A stretch of 49,867 bases of DNA from a virus. Taxonomy: Duplodnaviria; Caudoviricetes. Within the stretch, counting starts at the first letter, position 1; every line of letters starts with the position of its first letter. Position numbers and translations under genes: made by a program. The stretch is taken from positions 1 through 49,867 of the IMG/VR virus record IMGVR_UViG_3300012953_006946; one strand, 5' to 3'. Under the pieces are notes generated by a model, which saw only the letters and a program-made list of their open reading frames with translations, did not search any database and was not told the DNA's origin. Positions 17,743-28,100 of this stretch are shown piece after piece.

Positions 17743-18109
17743 GGGGACGAAATGGTCTCGACAAGGTAAGAAAGTTTGTGGGTGCAAGCATCCAACCGTA
17801 ACACATGGATTGACAGTGTTACTAGCTTTAATTGCCAACGACAATGTTGAGTACGATTACGCACTAGCTGCGTAATTGCGGGGTTTCCGATAACCTTGTT
17901 AGTAAAGATCGGATAAGTGGTTGATCTCACCGAGTAAAAAAAGATCCACAATGGTTTTCCTACCCATGGTAGGTGAGGCCCTGATTCTCGATAGGGGTGG
18001 TTGGTTTTTCGAGATACCTTACTAGTTTGGGAATAATCTAGATAAGCTTGTGAATGACCTGATAGTGGACTTATTTTGGACCCGGGTTCGAATCCCGGCG
18101 TCTCCACCA
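17743..18109 (+). ncRNA. ssrA: tmRNA, one-piece, 367 nt; tag ORF 17834-17875 encodes ANDNVEYDYALAA*
   Basis: 5' GGGGACG pairs with 3' CGTCTCC-ACCA with a G3:U wobble. TCGAC after the 5' stem. T-arm CCGGG-TTCGAAT-CCCGG. Tag ends YALAA. Confidence 0.97.
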
Positions 18110-18206
18110 TACTTAAGTATAGTTTTTTACTATACACCTATTTATCTCTAGAAGCATGTCTTATGTAAACGATAACATATGGGTTAATAGTCCTAGGAGA
18201 AAAATA

Positions 18207-19295
18207 ATGAATCAAGAAAATGAAAACAATCAAGATGATAACTACATAAACAATGATGATTTTGATTTTGGGTTTGTTGAAGCATACGATGATGCACCGG
18301 CGGTAGGTGATGATAGACTCCTTCCGGACAATACAGCACCTAGTGCTATTAACTGTGCTTTTATCGGAGTTGGAGGCGGTGGCGGGAAGCTAGCCAAAGC
18401 TTTTCTAGATGTAGGATTTAAAAAGACACTTCTAGTCAATACAACAATAAAAGATCAGCCTAGCGGAGTAGAACCTCAACATTTTCTATTAATACCTGGA
18501 GCTGATGGTGTTGGCAAAGATGTCGCACTAGGAAAAAAAGTACTAGGTGATAACAGCGCATTGTACGAAGATGCTTTAAGAACTCGTATTGGAAAAGTTG
18601 ACTGGATATTTGTTCTGGCTGGCGGCGGCGGCGGAACAGGCTCAGCATGTCATGTTCTTCATGATTCTGCAACGCGGTATTTAAGTTCAATAGAGGCTGT
18701 GGGTAAAGTGGTATACGTCGTTAGTAAGCCTACTGCTCAAGAGCTTTTAAATCCTACGATCAAAACAAATTATAATGCCTTACTAAAAGATGTGTCATCA
18801 CATCCACATGTGGTTATAGACAACGAAAAACAGCTACAATTACTAAGAGGCAAGGTAGGTATGCTCAATATGTACCCAGCTGCCAATACTAACTTTGCTA
18901 AACTTTTAGGCGTTGTTTTAAAGATGGCAAATGATAGCTCTCCAATACAAAGTTTTGACTCAAAAGACTTAGAAAAGTGCTTGCTCCAAGATGGAAGAAT
19001 ACTTCTAGGAAGCACTGTAGTAAGAGATGTCTCTAAGGCTGATCTTGGCTCAACTGTCTTTCAAGGCTGTCTAAGATCGTCACCTTGCCCAGGTCCTAAC
19101 GGAAACGCAAAAACCGGTGTCCTTTTATTAGTCGTCACAAATCAGATGGCAGGAGATCCGGGTGTTAGTAATAGACTCGAGTCAGCATTCTCTTATGTAG
19201 GCGGTCGTGCAGACACCTTATTCTCAGGTGTGTACGTCAATGAAAATCTTCCTGGACTAATTGCTGTCACAATGCTAGGTGGACTGTCAAACTAA
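18207..19295 (+). CDS. Tubulin/FtsZ superfamily GTPase (PhuZ/TubZ-like)
   Basis: [27 protein letters not shown] tubulin signature, IDNE, FDSKDL (T7-loop-like). ATG at 18207 follows an AGGAG RBS. Confidence 0.88.
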   Translation: MNQENENNQDDNYINNDDFDFGFVEAYDDAPAVGDDRLLPDNTAPSAINCAFIGVGGGGGKLAKAFLDVGFKKTLLVNTTIKDQPSGVEPQHFLLIPGADGVGKDVALGKKVLGDNSALYEDALRTRIGKVDWIFVLAGGGGGTGSACHVLHDSATRYLSSIEAVGKVVYVVSKPTAQELLNPTIKTNYNALLKDVSSHPHVVIDNEKQLQLLRGKVGMLNMYPAANTNFAKLLGVVLKMANDSSPIQSFDSKDLEKCLLQDGRILLGSTVVRDVSKADLGSTVFQGCLRSSPCPGPNGNAKTGVLLLVVTNQMAGDPGVSNRLESAFSYVGGRADTLFSGVYVNENLPGLIAVTMLGGLSN

Positions 19296-19564
19296 TAATT
19301 AATTTTATTTTTAGTTCTAAGTTTATTCATAACAGACTTCTCTATTTGACATATTCTCATCCTAGTTACCCCAAATAACTCACCTATTTCTTGCAATGTC
19401 CTAGGGCCGTCAGATGCCATGACCATGGTGCAGTTTACACAATCTTTAACGTCTATCCAGTATTTACAGTCTTTTTTAGCACAAGGAACTTCATATTTTT
19501 TGTGCTCATTAAAGCAAGTAGTACCTTGCTGTATTTTTTCTTTATCTTTGTTTGTCATACACAT
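19292..19564 (-). CDS. Small Cys-rich protein with a sigma-70 region 4 helix-turn-helix
   Basis: [27 protein letters not shown] matches sigma region 4.2. Five Cys precede the HTH. AGGAG RBS on the minus strand. Confidence 0.85.
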   Translation of the reverse strand: MCMTNKDKEKIQQGTTCFNEHKKYEVPCAKKDCKYWIDVKDCVNCTMVMASDGPRTLQEIGELFGVTRMRICQIEKSVMNKLRTKNKINY

Positions 19565-19613
19565 TTTTCTCCTAAGATAGTAAAATCATAAAGCGCCTAC
19601 CTATAAATGGACA

Positions 19614-19644
19614 AGTTTACGGATCTTTACCTAATATGTACATT
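19614..19644. promoter_or_regulatory. Putative overlapping divergent promoters (+ GTTTAC-N18-TACATT; - ATGTAC-N18-TAAACT)
   Basis: Located in the only divergent intergenic region of the window. Confidence 0.45.
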
Positions 19645-19658
19645 ATGATTGAGGGCAC

Positions 19659-20966
19659 ATGTCTAAAAGAAAATCTTTAATTATTGATACTTCAGTTTTG
19701 CTTTATGACAAAACTTCGATACACTCTTTTCCCGGAAACGATGTTATACTCCCACTAACAGTCTTGGACGAGCTTGATAGGTTCAAAGATAAACCTGGAC
19801 TTCTAGGAGAGTCAGCAAGATATATTAATCGATATTTGGACGACTTAAGAAGTATTGGCCGTCTAGACAAAGCCGTACTAATTGAAGAAATAGATCAGTC
19901 TATTGCTGTTCTTACTTCTGTTCCTAAAGTAGGCTTGGAAGCTAAAGGTTTGGATGTATCCAGAGGTGACAATCAGATAATCTCTGCGGCCCTCTGGATA
20001 CATCAGAATCACGACAATGAGGTAACCAAGGTAATTACTAAAGATATTAATCTAAGGGTTAAGTGTGATTCTCTGGGGATTATTTCAGAAGATTACTATA
20101 AAGACCACATTGATATAGACATAGAAAAACCTGACGCTAGCTGTTTAGAGCTAAAAGTTTCTAGCTCCTTTATAGACAAATTTTATGAAGAAGGGTTTGC
20201 AGAACCGCTAGACGAGCATTCAGGGCTTCTATATCCGAATAGCTTTCTAGTTCTTAAGTCTGGCAATCAGTCCGCGTTGGCAACGTACAAAGAAGACAAA
20301 AAACAGATATTGCCAATAAGAATAAATGAAATGGATAAGGTTGACATCCAACCTAGAAATAAGGAACAAAAATTTGCATTAAGTGTCTTGACAGACCCAG
20401 ATATTCCTCTCGTTTGCCTTACAGGTATTGCAGGATCCGGAAAGACCTTTCTTTCTCTCTTGACCGGTTTGGACGCTGTCTTTAAAGATAAATACGAGAG
20501 AATAGTTGTCACCAGATCCATACAGCCTGTTGGAAAGGATTTAGGATATCTACCCGGAGACATGAATGAGAAAATGCAACCATGGATGGCACCTTTAACA
20601 GATAATTTTAGGCATGCCTTTAAAGATATGACGTATTTTGATGTGATGATGGAAAAAGGAAAAATAGAAGTCGCTCCATTAAGCTTTATACGAGGTAGAA
20701 CTTTTAATAGCTCTTATGTGATAGTTGACGAAGCACAAAATGCAACAATTCATGAGCTTAAAACTATTGTGACAAGAATTGGAAAAGATTCTAAAATAAT
20801 TCTTATGGGAGACACAGATCAGATCGATACTCCTTACATAGATAAAAATTCTAACGGTCTCTCTATTGTAATAGATAAATTTAGAAACAGTAGATTATCA
20901 GCACACATACATCTTCCAAAGGGCGAAAGGTCACAGCTAGCAACTGCTGCTTCTCAAATTCTATAG
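19659..20966 (+). CDS. phoH: PIN-domain PhoH family ATPase (PhoH2/YlaK type)
   Basis: IIDTSVLL, LDELD, DNQII, TKDINLR (PIN). GIAGSGKT, GYLPG, RGRTF, DEAQN, GDTDQID (PhoH). Confidence 0.93.
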   Translation: MSKRKSLIIDTSVLLYDKTSIHSFPGNDVILPLTVLDELDRFKDKPGLLGESARYINRYLDDLRSIGRLDKAVLIEEIDQSIAVLTSVPKVGLEAKGLDVSRGDNQIISAALWIHQNHDNEVTKVITKDINLRVKCDSLGIISEDYYKDHIDIDIEKPDASCLELKVSSSFIDKFYEEGFAEPLDEHSGLLYPNSFLVLKSGNQSALATYKEDKKQILPIRINEMDKVDIQPRNKEQKFALSVLTDPDIPLVCLTGIAGSGKTFLSLLTGLDAVFKDKYERIVVTRSIQPVGKDLGYLPGDMNEKMQPWMAPLTDNFRHAFKDMTYFDVMMEKGKIEVAPLSFIRGRTFNSSYVIVDEAQNATIHELKTIVTRIGKDSKIILMGDTDQIDTPYIDKNSNGLSIVIDKFRNSRLSAHIHLPKGERSQLATAASQIL

Positions 20967-21022
20967 TAGTCCGGATGCCATCTTGGTTCCAACATACTTA
21001 GTTATACAGCGGGAGCATCAAA

Positions 21023-21367
21023 GTGGCATTTACAAAGTCTAGAACTAGAGACGCTAACAGATTTTCTAGAAGATATCCTTTAGTAAGAGTGCGAAAAGCA
21101 CCTTATATTATCACAGACAACGAAGTATGGATAGAGGCAGAGTCACTTTCTTTTGGCGGAGAAAGTAGCAAACAATATTTTTTTAAGACAAAATTTCCAG
21201 GGGTTCCTGTAGTTACGGCAACAGCTCTTGACTCTGTGAATAATGATACAGCCAACATAAATGTTTTTATAAAATCTTTGGCAGTTAATGAAGTCACAAT
21301 AGGAGTTTCTGAAAGATTTACAGGGACAATTATGGTTCAAGCGATGTATATCAAGCCCCAACCATAG
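21023..21367 (+). CDS. Small beta-rich probable virion/tail accessory protein
   Basis: F..KFPGVPVVTAT...NINVFI pattern, paralogous to the next ORF, upstream of fibre genes. Confidence 0.55.
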   Translation: MAFTKSRTRDANRFSRRYPLVRVRKAPYIITDNEVWIEAESLSFGGESSKQYFFKTKFPGVPVVTATALDSVNNDTANINVFIKSLAVNEVTIGVSERFTGTIMVQAMYIKPQP

Positions 21368-21376
21368 GAATATTTC

Positions 21377-21649
21377 ATGAGAGGAACACATCATACATTT
21401 CAAATTGAGCAAGGAACGGCTACAACGGCTAGCTCTATGAGTAGTCCTACTGCGTCATTTACTTTAGAGGCTCAGTATGGCATTGCACCTAAAGTGGTAG
21501 TGACTGCTATTGGAGAAGATACAGCTAATGTCAATATGTGGGTTGATACAATTACTGCCTTGGGCAGAGGTAGGTATCAAGTAACTGTTGAGTCTTCGCT
21601 TCCTAATATTACATTTCATTGGAGGGTCGTTGCTAGTGAAAGAATATAA
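21377..21649 (+). CDS. Small beta-rich probable virion/tail accessory protein
   Basis: YGIAPKVVVT...ANVNMWV...FHWRV, similar to the preceding ORF. Confidence 0.55.
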   Translation: MRGTHHTFQIEQGTATTASSMSSPTASFTLEAQYGIAPKVVVTAIGEDTANVNMWVDTITALGRGRYQVTVESSLPNITFHWRVVASERI

Positions 21650-21707
21650 GAGACAAAGTATGTATATTAAATGTGTCACAGTGCTCGATAGAGAGGTAAC
21701 ATAGATC

Positions 21708-24700
21708 ATGGCAAGAGATTTTAGAGCTGCACAGGTCAGAACAGGTGTCCTTATTGCATCCGGTGCTGCAGTACAAGGAAAAACGGGCTTGGGTCTTATG
21801 ATCTACAGCTCTTCAGATGCTTCTAATTACACCGGCGGAAGAAATGATTCTAACATGCTGTCCAATGTAGGCTCAGATGTCTGGTTGTTTGTCTCCGGAA
21901 CAGCAAACCAAAGTATATACAGCCCACCTGGCGCAAGGTCAGGCGGTGGTGTTACTCTTTTTGGTGGAGACGTTGTTGTTTCAGGTACTTTCTACGCAGA
22001 CAAAATGGTCATAGAATTAGATCAGTCAGCTACAGGATCACTCTCTGTTTCCGGTTCACTTTATGTGTCTCAGAGTGTTAGTATAGGTGCAACAAATGCT
22101 GGATCTGGACCTGATTCAACTCCAGCAGGTGTTTTGGAGTTAGCCGGAAATCTTAACCAAGGCGTACCTACATTATTCGTCACACACGAAGACGATGACC
22201 AGGTAGGTATAGATTTAAACATAAACAGCACAACAGCAGTAGGCATCGATGTAGATGCTACAACTACAACTGGAAACGTGATAGATGTAGCAGCATCCAC
22301 ATTAACAACAGGTAGAGCTAAACTAACTACTGTAACTGCAACACCTGCAGACGGATCTAACAATACGATAGAAGAGTGGGACATAGACTTTGATGGAACC
22401 GGTTCATCAACCGCAAAAGGTCTTTTTGTCAACTACGACAAAGATGGAGTAACAGCTTCTGGTAAAACAGCTACTATATACGGCGCCCAGATTGATGTTG
22501 ATGACAGTGCCACTAATGTTGGCACTGTTAATCTTTATGGGTTAGAAGCAACAGCGACTGCTGCGAGTACCAACGGCACGATAACAGTTTACGGAGCTAA
22601 TATTTCTGCCGCCGGAGGTGACACGAATATCGGCTTACAGTCAACTTCGACAGGAATTCCGCTGCGACTACAGTATGACTCAGGAGAATATGCTGATTTT
22701 ACTGTGTCTAGTACAGGTTTATTAACCATCTCGACGGTGGACGATTCCTCAGACTCTGGAGCAATAACTCTAGACACAGTAGATAAAATTACTCTAAATT
22801 CAGATACTGCCGGAGAAGGTGTAGTTTATGCGGACGGCAGCACAGAACAATTACAAATCTATAATGATGGATCTAATAATGTTAAGATTAAGATTTCTCA
22901 AGCTAGTAAAACTCTAGAGATTGTAGAAAATGGTGGTGCTGCTCTAATAACAACTGGAGAAGATGCAGGCACAGTATTTAATGAAGGCGGTGATTTATCA
23001 TATGACTTTAGAGTGGAGTCAAATACTGAGACACATGCAATATTTGTTGAGTCTGAAGTTGACAAAATCTTTTTTATGTCAGGCACTAATGGAAGCTCTT
23101 TAGAGATCAGAACTGATAGCGTTCTTATTTTATCAGGCGGTGGTAATGGAACGGAGATAGATTTTCCTCAAAAACAAGATGTTGCCTTCTTCGTATCCGG
23201 GACAATAGGCTCTCACGGTACATCTGTTAAAGGAACATCAGTATTCGGTGGCGATACTTTAATGTCCGGAACATTATACTTGGAATCCGGGTTGGCGACA
23301 GCACATCCGGATGGAATATTTCCTTTAACAGCGTCGCTTGTAGATATTGGTTATGATCCGGATAGTCCAGGCGATGATAATACTCCAGTAGAATTAAGAA
23401 TAACCGGATACGATCCAACAATTGTTAGCAATGAAATACTTGGCCAGCTAACTTTTTATGGTAATGAAGTTGGTAATCAAGGTCTAGGACATTTTGGTTC
23501 TGTAATAATGAGATCAGATGGCACATTTACCGGGAATCCTGAAGGGCAACTTCGTGTAGTAACAGCATATGCAGGAAGTACATATGATCGAATAGAAATT
23601 CGTGGACACAACACTGCATCTTATTTAAAGGTTCTTAATCCTGCCGATGACGGTGACAACTTCATGATCGATGTAGGCGCTGCCGGAGAGACGGACTTAA
23701 CAACAAATGACGACTCAGGTGGTAACGCTGCACATCTAACCATAGAACCTGAAGGGCGTTTACATCTTACACCTGATGTGCCTCAGATATCTCTTTTTGC
23801 GGATGGTGCCGCCCCTGGAGCTGATATTTCTTTTTATGTATCAGGCAGTACGGGTGGAAAAGATCATGCTGACACAAGAGGTGTTTCTCTTTTTGCAGGT
23901 GATGTCGTCACTAGTGGTACACTATATGTTGACAATTCAGATGCCACAGACTTATCAGCCAAGATAGGGTCTAGACTGGTAAGCGTCGCTTCTGGTCCTG
24001 ATATTAACTTCTTAGTTTCAGGCAGTATCGCTGGAAAGGGGCATGCAACGCACAGAGGAGTATCAGTTTTTGGAGGCGATACTGTAGTATCAGGTACAGC
24101 TTATCTAGGGCTTGCTGCTAGCAGCTTAATAGATCATGACAAACAGATCCTCATGGTAGGCGCACACACTATTACAGGCTCTGATGTAGGAATGTTCTTC
24201 TCTGGGTCAAAAGCAACGACAGATAATATACACAGTTATGGTACTTCTTTGTTTGGTGGCGATGTTGTTGCTTCAGGTTCAATCCACGCAATAGTCGAAG
24301 TTAAAACTGATACTATTTCTGAGAAAACATCTGCAGCCGGTGTCACAATTGATGGTGTCAAGATAAAGGACAATGACATCATCATTCCAGACGGTGCAAC
24401 TATTGGTTCAACATCTGCTCCTACTGCAATGACAATTGACAGTTCTGGTGTGGTTGCTTTTGTCGATGATATTAAAATCAAGGATGGAGGTACTATTGGT
24501 GTTGCTTCCGCGGTAGATGCAATGACAGTTTCATCTGCAGGTATCGTTACATTTGTCGATGACATTAAGATCAAGGATGGCGGAACAATTGGAAACGCAT
24601 CTGTTGCGGGTGTCATGACACTAGCTGATACCGGAATTGTCACGTTTGCTGATGATATTTTGATTAAAGATGCCGGTACAATAGGTAATGCTTCTGTCGC

Positions 24701-25130
24701 TGCAGTCATGACGCTAGCGTCAACAGGGATTGTTACCTTTGCTGATGATATTTTAATTAAAGACGCAGGTACAATAGGCAACGCATCTGTGGCTGATGTC
24801 ATGACATTAGCATCAACAGGGATTGTGACATTCGCGGACGACATTTTAATTAAAGACGATGGAACAATTGGTAATGCTACCAACAATACTCTTCTTAAAT
24901 TAGAGACCACAGCGCTTGAAGTAAATGGAAACTTGGTACCTAATGCAGATAGTACTAGAGATTTAGGTGCTGCCGATGCTAGATGGGCAAACATATACAC
25001 AGGTGACCTCCATTTAAAGAACGAAAGAGGCGATTGGACCGTGGTTGAGGAAGAAGAATATCTTTCTATACGTAACAACAAGACAGGCAAACGCTATAAG
25101 TTTGTATTAGAAGAAATAGATGAGGATTAA
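21708..25130 (+). CDS. Long tail fibre-like protein
   Basis: 1140 aa, G/S/T/D-rich. Five VSG...GGD..SG modules, 31-aa tandem repeats, and a C-terminal P.AD...DLG....RWANIYTGDLHL.NERGDWT..E domain typical of myovirus fibres. Confidence 0.82.
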   Translation: MARDFRAAQVRTGVLIASGAAVQGKTGLGLMIYSSSDASNYTGGRNDSNMLSNVGSDVWLFVSGTANQSIYSPPGARSGGGVTLFGGDVVVSGTFYADKMVIELDQSATGSLSVSGSLYVSQSVSIGATNAGSGPDSTPAGVLELAGNLNQGVPTLFVTHEDDDQVGIDLNINSTTAVGIDVDATTTTGNVIDVAASTLTTGRAKLTTVTATPADGSNNTIEEWDIDFDGTGSSTAKGLFVNYDKDGVTASGKTATIYGAQIDVDDSATNVGTVNLYGLEATATAASTNGTITVYGANISAAGGDTNIGLQSTSTGIPLRLQYDSGEYADFTVSSTGLLTISTVDDSSDSGAITLDTVDKITLNSDTAGEGVVYADGSTEQLQIYNDGSNNVKIKISQASKTLEIVENGGAALITTGEDAGTVFNEGGDLSYDFRVESNTETHAIFVESEVDKIFFMSGTNGSSLEIRTDSVLILSGGGNGTEIDFPQKQDVAFFVSGTIGSHGTSVKGTSVFGGDTLMSGTLYLESGLATAHPDGIFPLTASLVDIGYDPDSPGDDNTPVELRITGYDPTIVSNEILGQLTFYGNEVGNQGLGHFGSVIMRSDGTFTGNPEGQLRVVTAYAGSTYDRIEIRGHNTASYLKVLNPADDGDNFMIDVGAAGETDLTTNDDSGGNAAHLTIEPEGRLHLTPDVPQISLFADGAAPGADISFYVSGSTGGKDHADTRGVSLFAGDVVTSGTLYVDNSDATDLSAKIGSRLVSVASGPDINFLVSGSIAGKGHATHRGVSVFGGDTVVSGTAYLGLAASSLIDHDKQILMVGAHTITGSDVGMFFSGSKATTDNIHSYGTSLFGGDVVASGSIHAIVEVKTDTISEKTSAAGVTIDGVKIKDNDIIIPDGATIGSTSAPTAMTIDSSGVVAFVDDIKIKDGGTIGVASAVDAMTVSSAGIVTFVDDIKIKDGGTIGNASVAGVMTLADTGIVTFADDILIKDAGTIGNASVAAVMTLASTGIVTFADDILIKDAGTIGNASVADVMTLASTGIVTFADDILIKDDGTIGNATNNTLLKLETTALEVNGNLVPNADSTRDLGAADARWANIYTGDLHLKNERGDWTVVEEEEYLSIRNNKTGKRYKFVLEEIDED
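24366..24880 (+). repeat. In-frame 93-bp (31-aa) tandem repeat, about 5.5 copies
   Basis: F[VA]DDI.IKD.GTIG units start at 24459, 24552, 24645, 24738 and 24831. A degenerate copy starts near 24366. Confidence 0.92.
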
Positions 25131-25133
25131 TAG

Positions 25134-28100
25134 ATGGCTTTAAAAGGTAATATATCGGGGTCAGTAGCTCACGATTATAAAGTAGGCATCACGGGGTCAG
25201 TGATAATTGGTCGACCTCGTCAGACCACTGCGCATCTTCCTGTTCCCGGGCATGATGTTGTTTTGTTTGTGTCTGGCGCAGCCGGAGGAAAAGGAATTGG
25301 AGACGACAGTCCTAAATCAAAGTCCACTACTGTTATCGCCGGTGACTTAGTTCATTCTGGTGTTGCATATTTTGCAGCAAAAGAAACATTCCCAAATATC
25401 ACAAACGAAAAATTAGTCTTTTCCGGAATAAGTCCTTCGGTTACATTTTTTGTTTCGGGAGCAAATCATTCTAGACCTTTTGAGCCAGGCAAAAAAGGTG
25501 TTTCTGTTATAGGCGGAGACTTATTAGTAAGTGGTGGTTTGATAGTTCTACCTGGTGGAATGCACAACGAAGATCCAAAAGCCTTCAAAGATGTCAGTTT
25601 GATGACAACAATGTTTGTTTCAGGAACTGTTAAAGGAGACCCTCCTCACATTTCTAATACTTTACACTCCATATTTGGAGGAGACCTAGTTGTAAGTGGA
25701 GGTCTAAGAGTAGGTGAAGGCCGCGGCCATCACGGAAATAATACATGGTATGGTGGAACTATATCCGGATCAATTCACCATACGGAACTAGGTGTATCTT
25801 ATTTAGTTGCAGGAAACAATACAACAGTCGCATCTGCTTCAAACGGACAGGTGACAATAGGTTCTACTACAACACCTACATTTGATGACATTACATTAAC
25901 CGGTGAACTTAAAGCATCAGATGGCACTGTAGGCGCGCCTTCTATCACATTTAGTTCTGATACAAATACTGGATTTTTCAGGTCTGCGTCAGATAAGCTC
26001 AATATTTCTGTTGGTGGTGTTGAAGTTGTAGAAGTATCAACTGCTGCAATTTCAGGATCTTCCGTTGAAACCGGGCTTCTTTTCTCTGACTCAGGGGACT
26101 TAGAAATAGAAAACGAAGCCTCAGACAAAGACATCATCTTTAAAGTAAAAGACGGAAGTACAACTAAGACACTTTTGACACTTGATGCTGATATTCCGAT
26201 GAACTTTGTCACTGCTGATATACCTTTAGGCTTCGGCTCTGTTGGCAATATTATATCAGGTTCTGCGACTCCAGCTGCTGGATTAGGCCTGGCACTCAAA
26301 TCAAATAATAGCATATGGTTATCCGGCTCTTCTGGTGTTTACTTTGGAAAAAGAACAGGAAACGGAAGTTATGACAATGCTGGTGCTGATGTTACATTCT
26401 TTGTTTCCGGATCGAGAGAGAAAAAAGGCACTGATGTAAGAGGTACAGCAGTTTTTGGTGGTGATGTTGTTACATCTGGCTCATTAGAGGTCGGCCTAAA
26501 AGCGACACAGTCTACTAACGGTTTAGATGCAGATGCTTTTATAGTTAATACAAAAAATTACAAAAAACGTCTACTGGTTGACGGTGCTCAAGATAGAGTT
26601 GTTATTGGCGCTCTAGGAAATCAAGCCAAGGCTGTTGTAATAGGCAGTGATACTTTGTTTTTTGTTTCGGGTGCAATTGGATCAATAGGACATGATCATC
26701 AAGGCGCTTCAGTTTTTGGCGGAGACTTAGTAGTCTCCGGAGCTGTAGTGCTGGCAGTAACTGCTTCTCATGTTAGAACTACAGGAAATCAGATTCTATT
26801 GGTGGGCGCTCAATCAATCACTGGATCAGACGTAGGAATATTCTTTTCAGGATCAAAAAATACTCAAGGAAATATTGGTAGTTACGGAACAACACTCATT
26901 GGTGGTGACACATACATTTCAGGAACATTGATGCCTGAAGAGATAGCTTTTCCTTTCGACGGCGGCAAATTATTATTCGGAAATAATGAAGAAGTTTCTC
27001 TTACACATGTCAATAATCATGGATTAAGAATTGGCAACACAGCTATGGGTGAAGGTACTACCAGATTGTTATTTGGAGATATTGGCACATTTATCCATCA
27101 ATCAGCAGATGGAGTCTTAGACTTAAATGCAGACACTGAAATAGAGATAAATGCTACAGATATTGATATGAACGGCTCTGTTTCCATGAGCGGTGAGTTT
27201 TCAGTTGTAGGCCCGGTTGTTATTAATGATGGTGGTGCAGATAAAGACTTTAGAATAGAGGGAGGTGCCGGAAAAGCTGGTATGCTGTTAATTGATGCCG
27301 GAACAGGACAAGTAGGCATTCTGACAGACGGTACAGCCGCGGCAAACGCTTATGGATTAAATGCTTCCACAACAGGAATTCCTACCGATGTCTCTTTCTT
27401 TGTTTCAGGATCTGTGTATTCGGAAGCCGGCGTTGGAGGAATAGGTTATAATGGTACTACACTGGTTGGTGGCGACCTGGTCGTTTCAGGAATAATAGCC
27501 GGTGGTGCTCCATATGGACAAAGAGAATTATTACTTAAGTCACAGCAAGTTTCTATAACAAATTCAACAGAAGATGGAATGTCAGCTCACTTTGGACAGG
27601 ATGTTCAGTTTGCAGTTTCCGGAACAGCCGGCTCAGTATCTAGAGGGTTAGGTGAAGGAGTTTCTGTGTTTGCCGGCGATGTTGTCGTCTCCGGATCAGT
27701 TTATTTAGGAATGCACAACCTTTATAACAATCAATCAGCAGAAAAATCTTTGATTGGCGCCGGAAGAGATGTTAATATGTTCGTCTCAGGAGCTCAAAGT
27801 TCAAAAGATAACGACGCAAAGGTTGGTGTATCTGTATTTGGTGGCGACCTGGTTGTTTCTGGTGTAGGGTTTCATAACTTAAGCAATATAGGGCATGAAG
27901 ATAAGCAGTTACGTGGAGTAGGCCATAATGTAGGTTTCTTTGTCTCTGGCTCACAAAATGCTGTTCGTTACGGTACTAGTAGAGGAGTTTCTGTGTTTGG
28001 CGGAGACCTGGTTGTTTCCGGGACCACATTCTTGGGAATGGGAGATGCTTCTCTAGAAAACGCAAAAGGATCAAATAATTTAGTTCCTCCAGGAGTTGGG

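Noticed and set aside
18070-18109. Stand-alone tRNA or prophage att site
   Set aside because: This is the 3' end of the tmRNA. No anticodon arm, integrase or duplicated 3' fragment was seen.
17604-18137. 177-aa minus-strand ORF
   Set aside because: It is the antisense shadow of the tmRNA and Hc1 gene (VETPGFEPGS is the reverse-complemented T-arm).
18207-19295. Cellular ftsZ, implying a bacterial chromosome
   Set aside because: Too divergent, with no C-terminal peptide or dcw cluster, and surrounded by phage-type genes.
24236-25090. 284-aa minus-strand ORF, or a CRISPR-like repeat array
   Set aside because: It is antisense to an in-frame coding repeat. The units are contiguous with synonymous variation and have no unique spacers.
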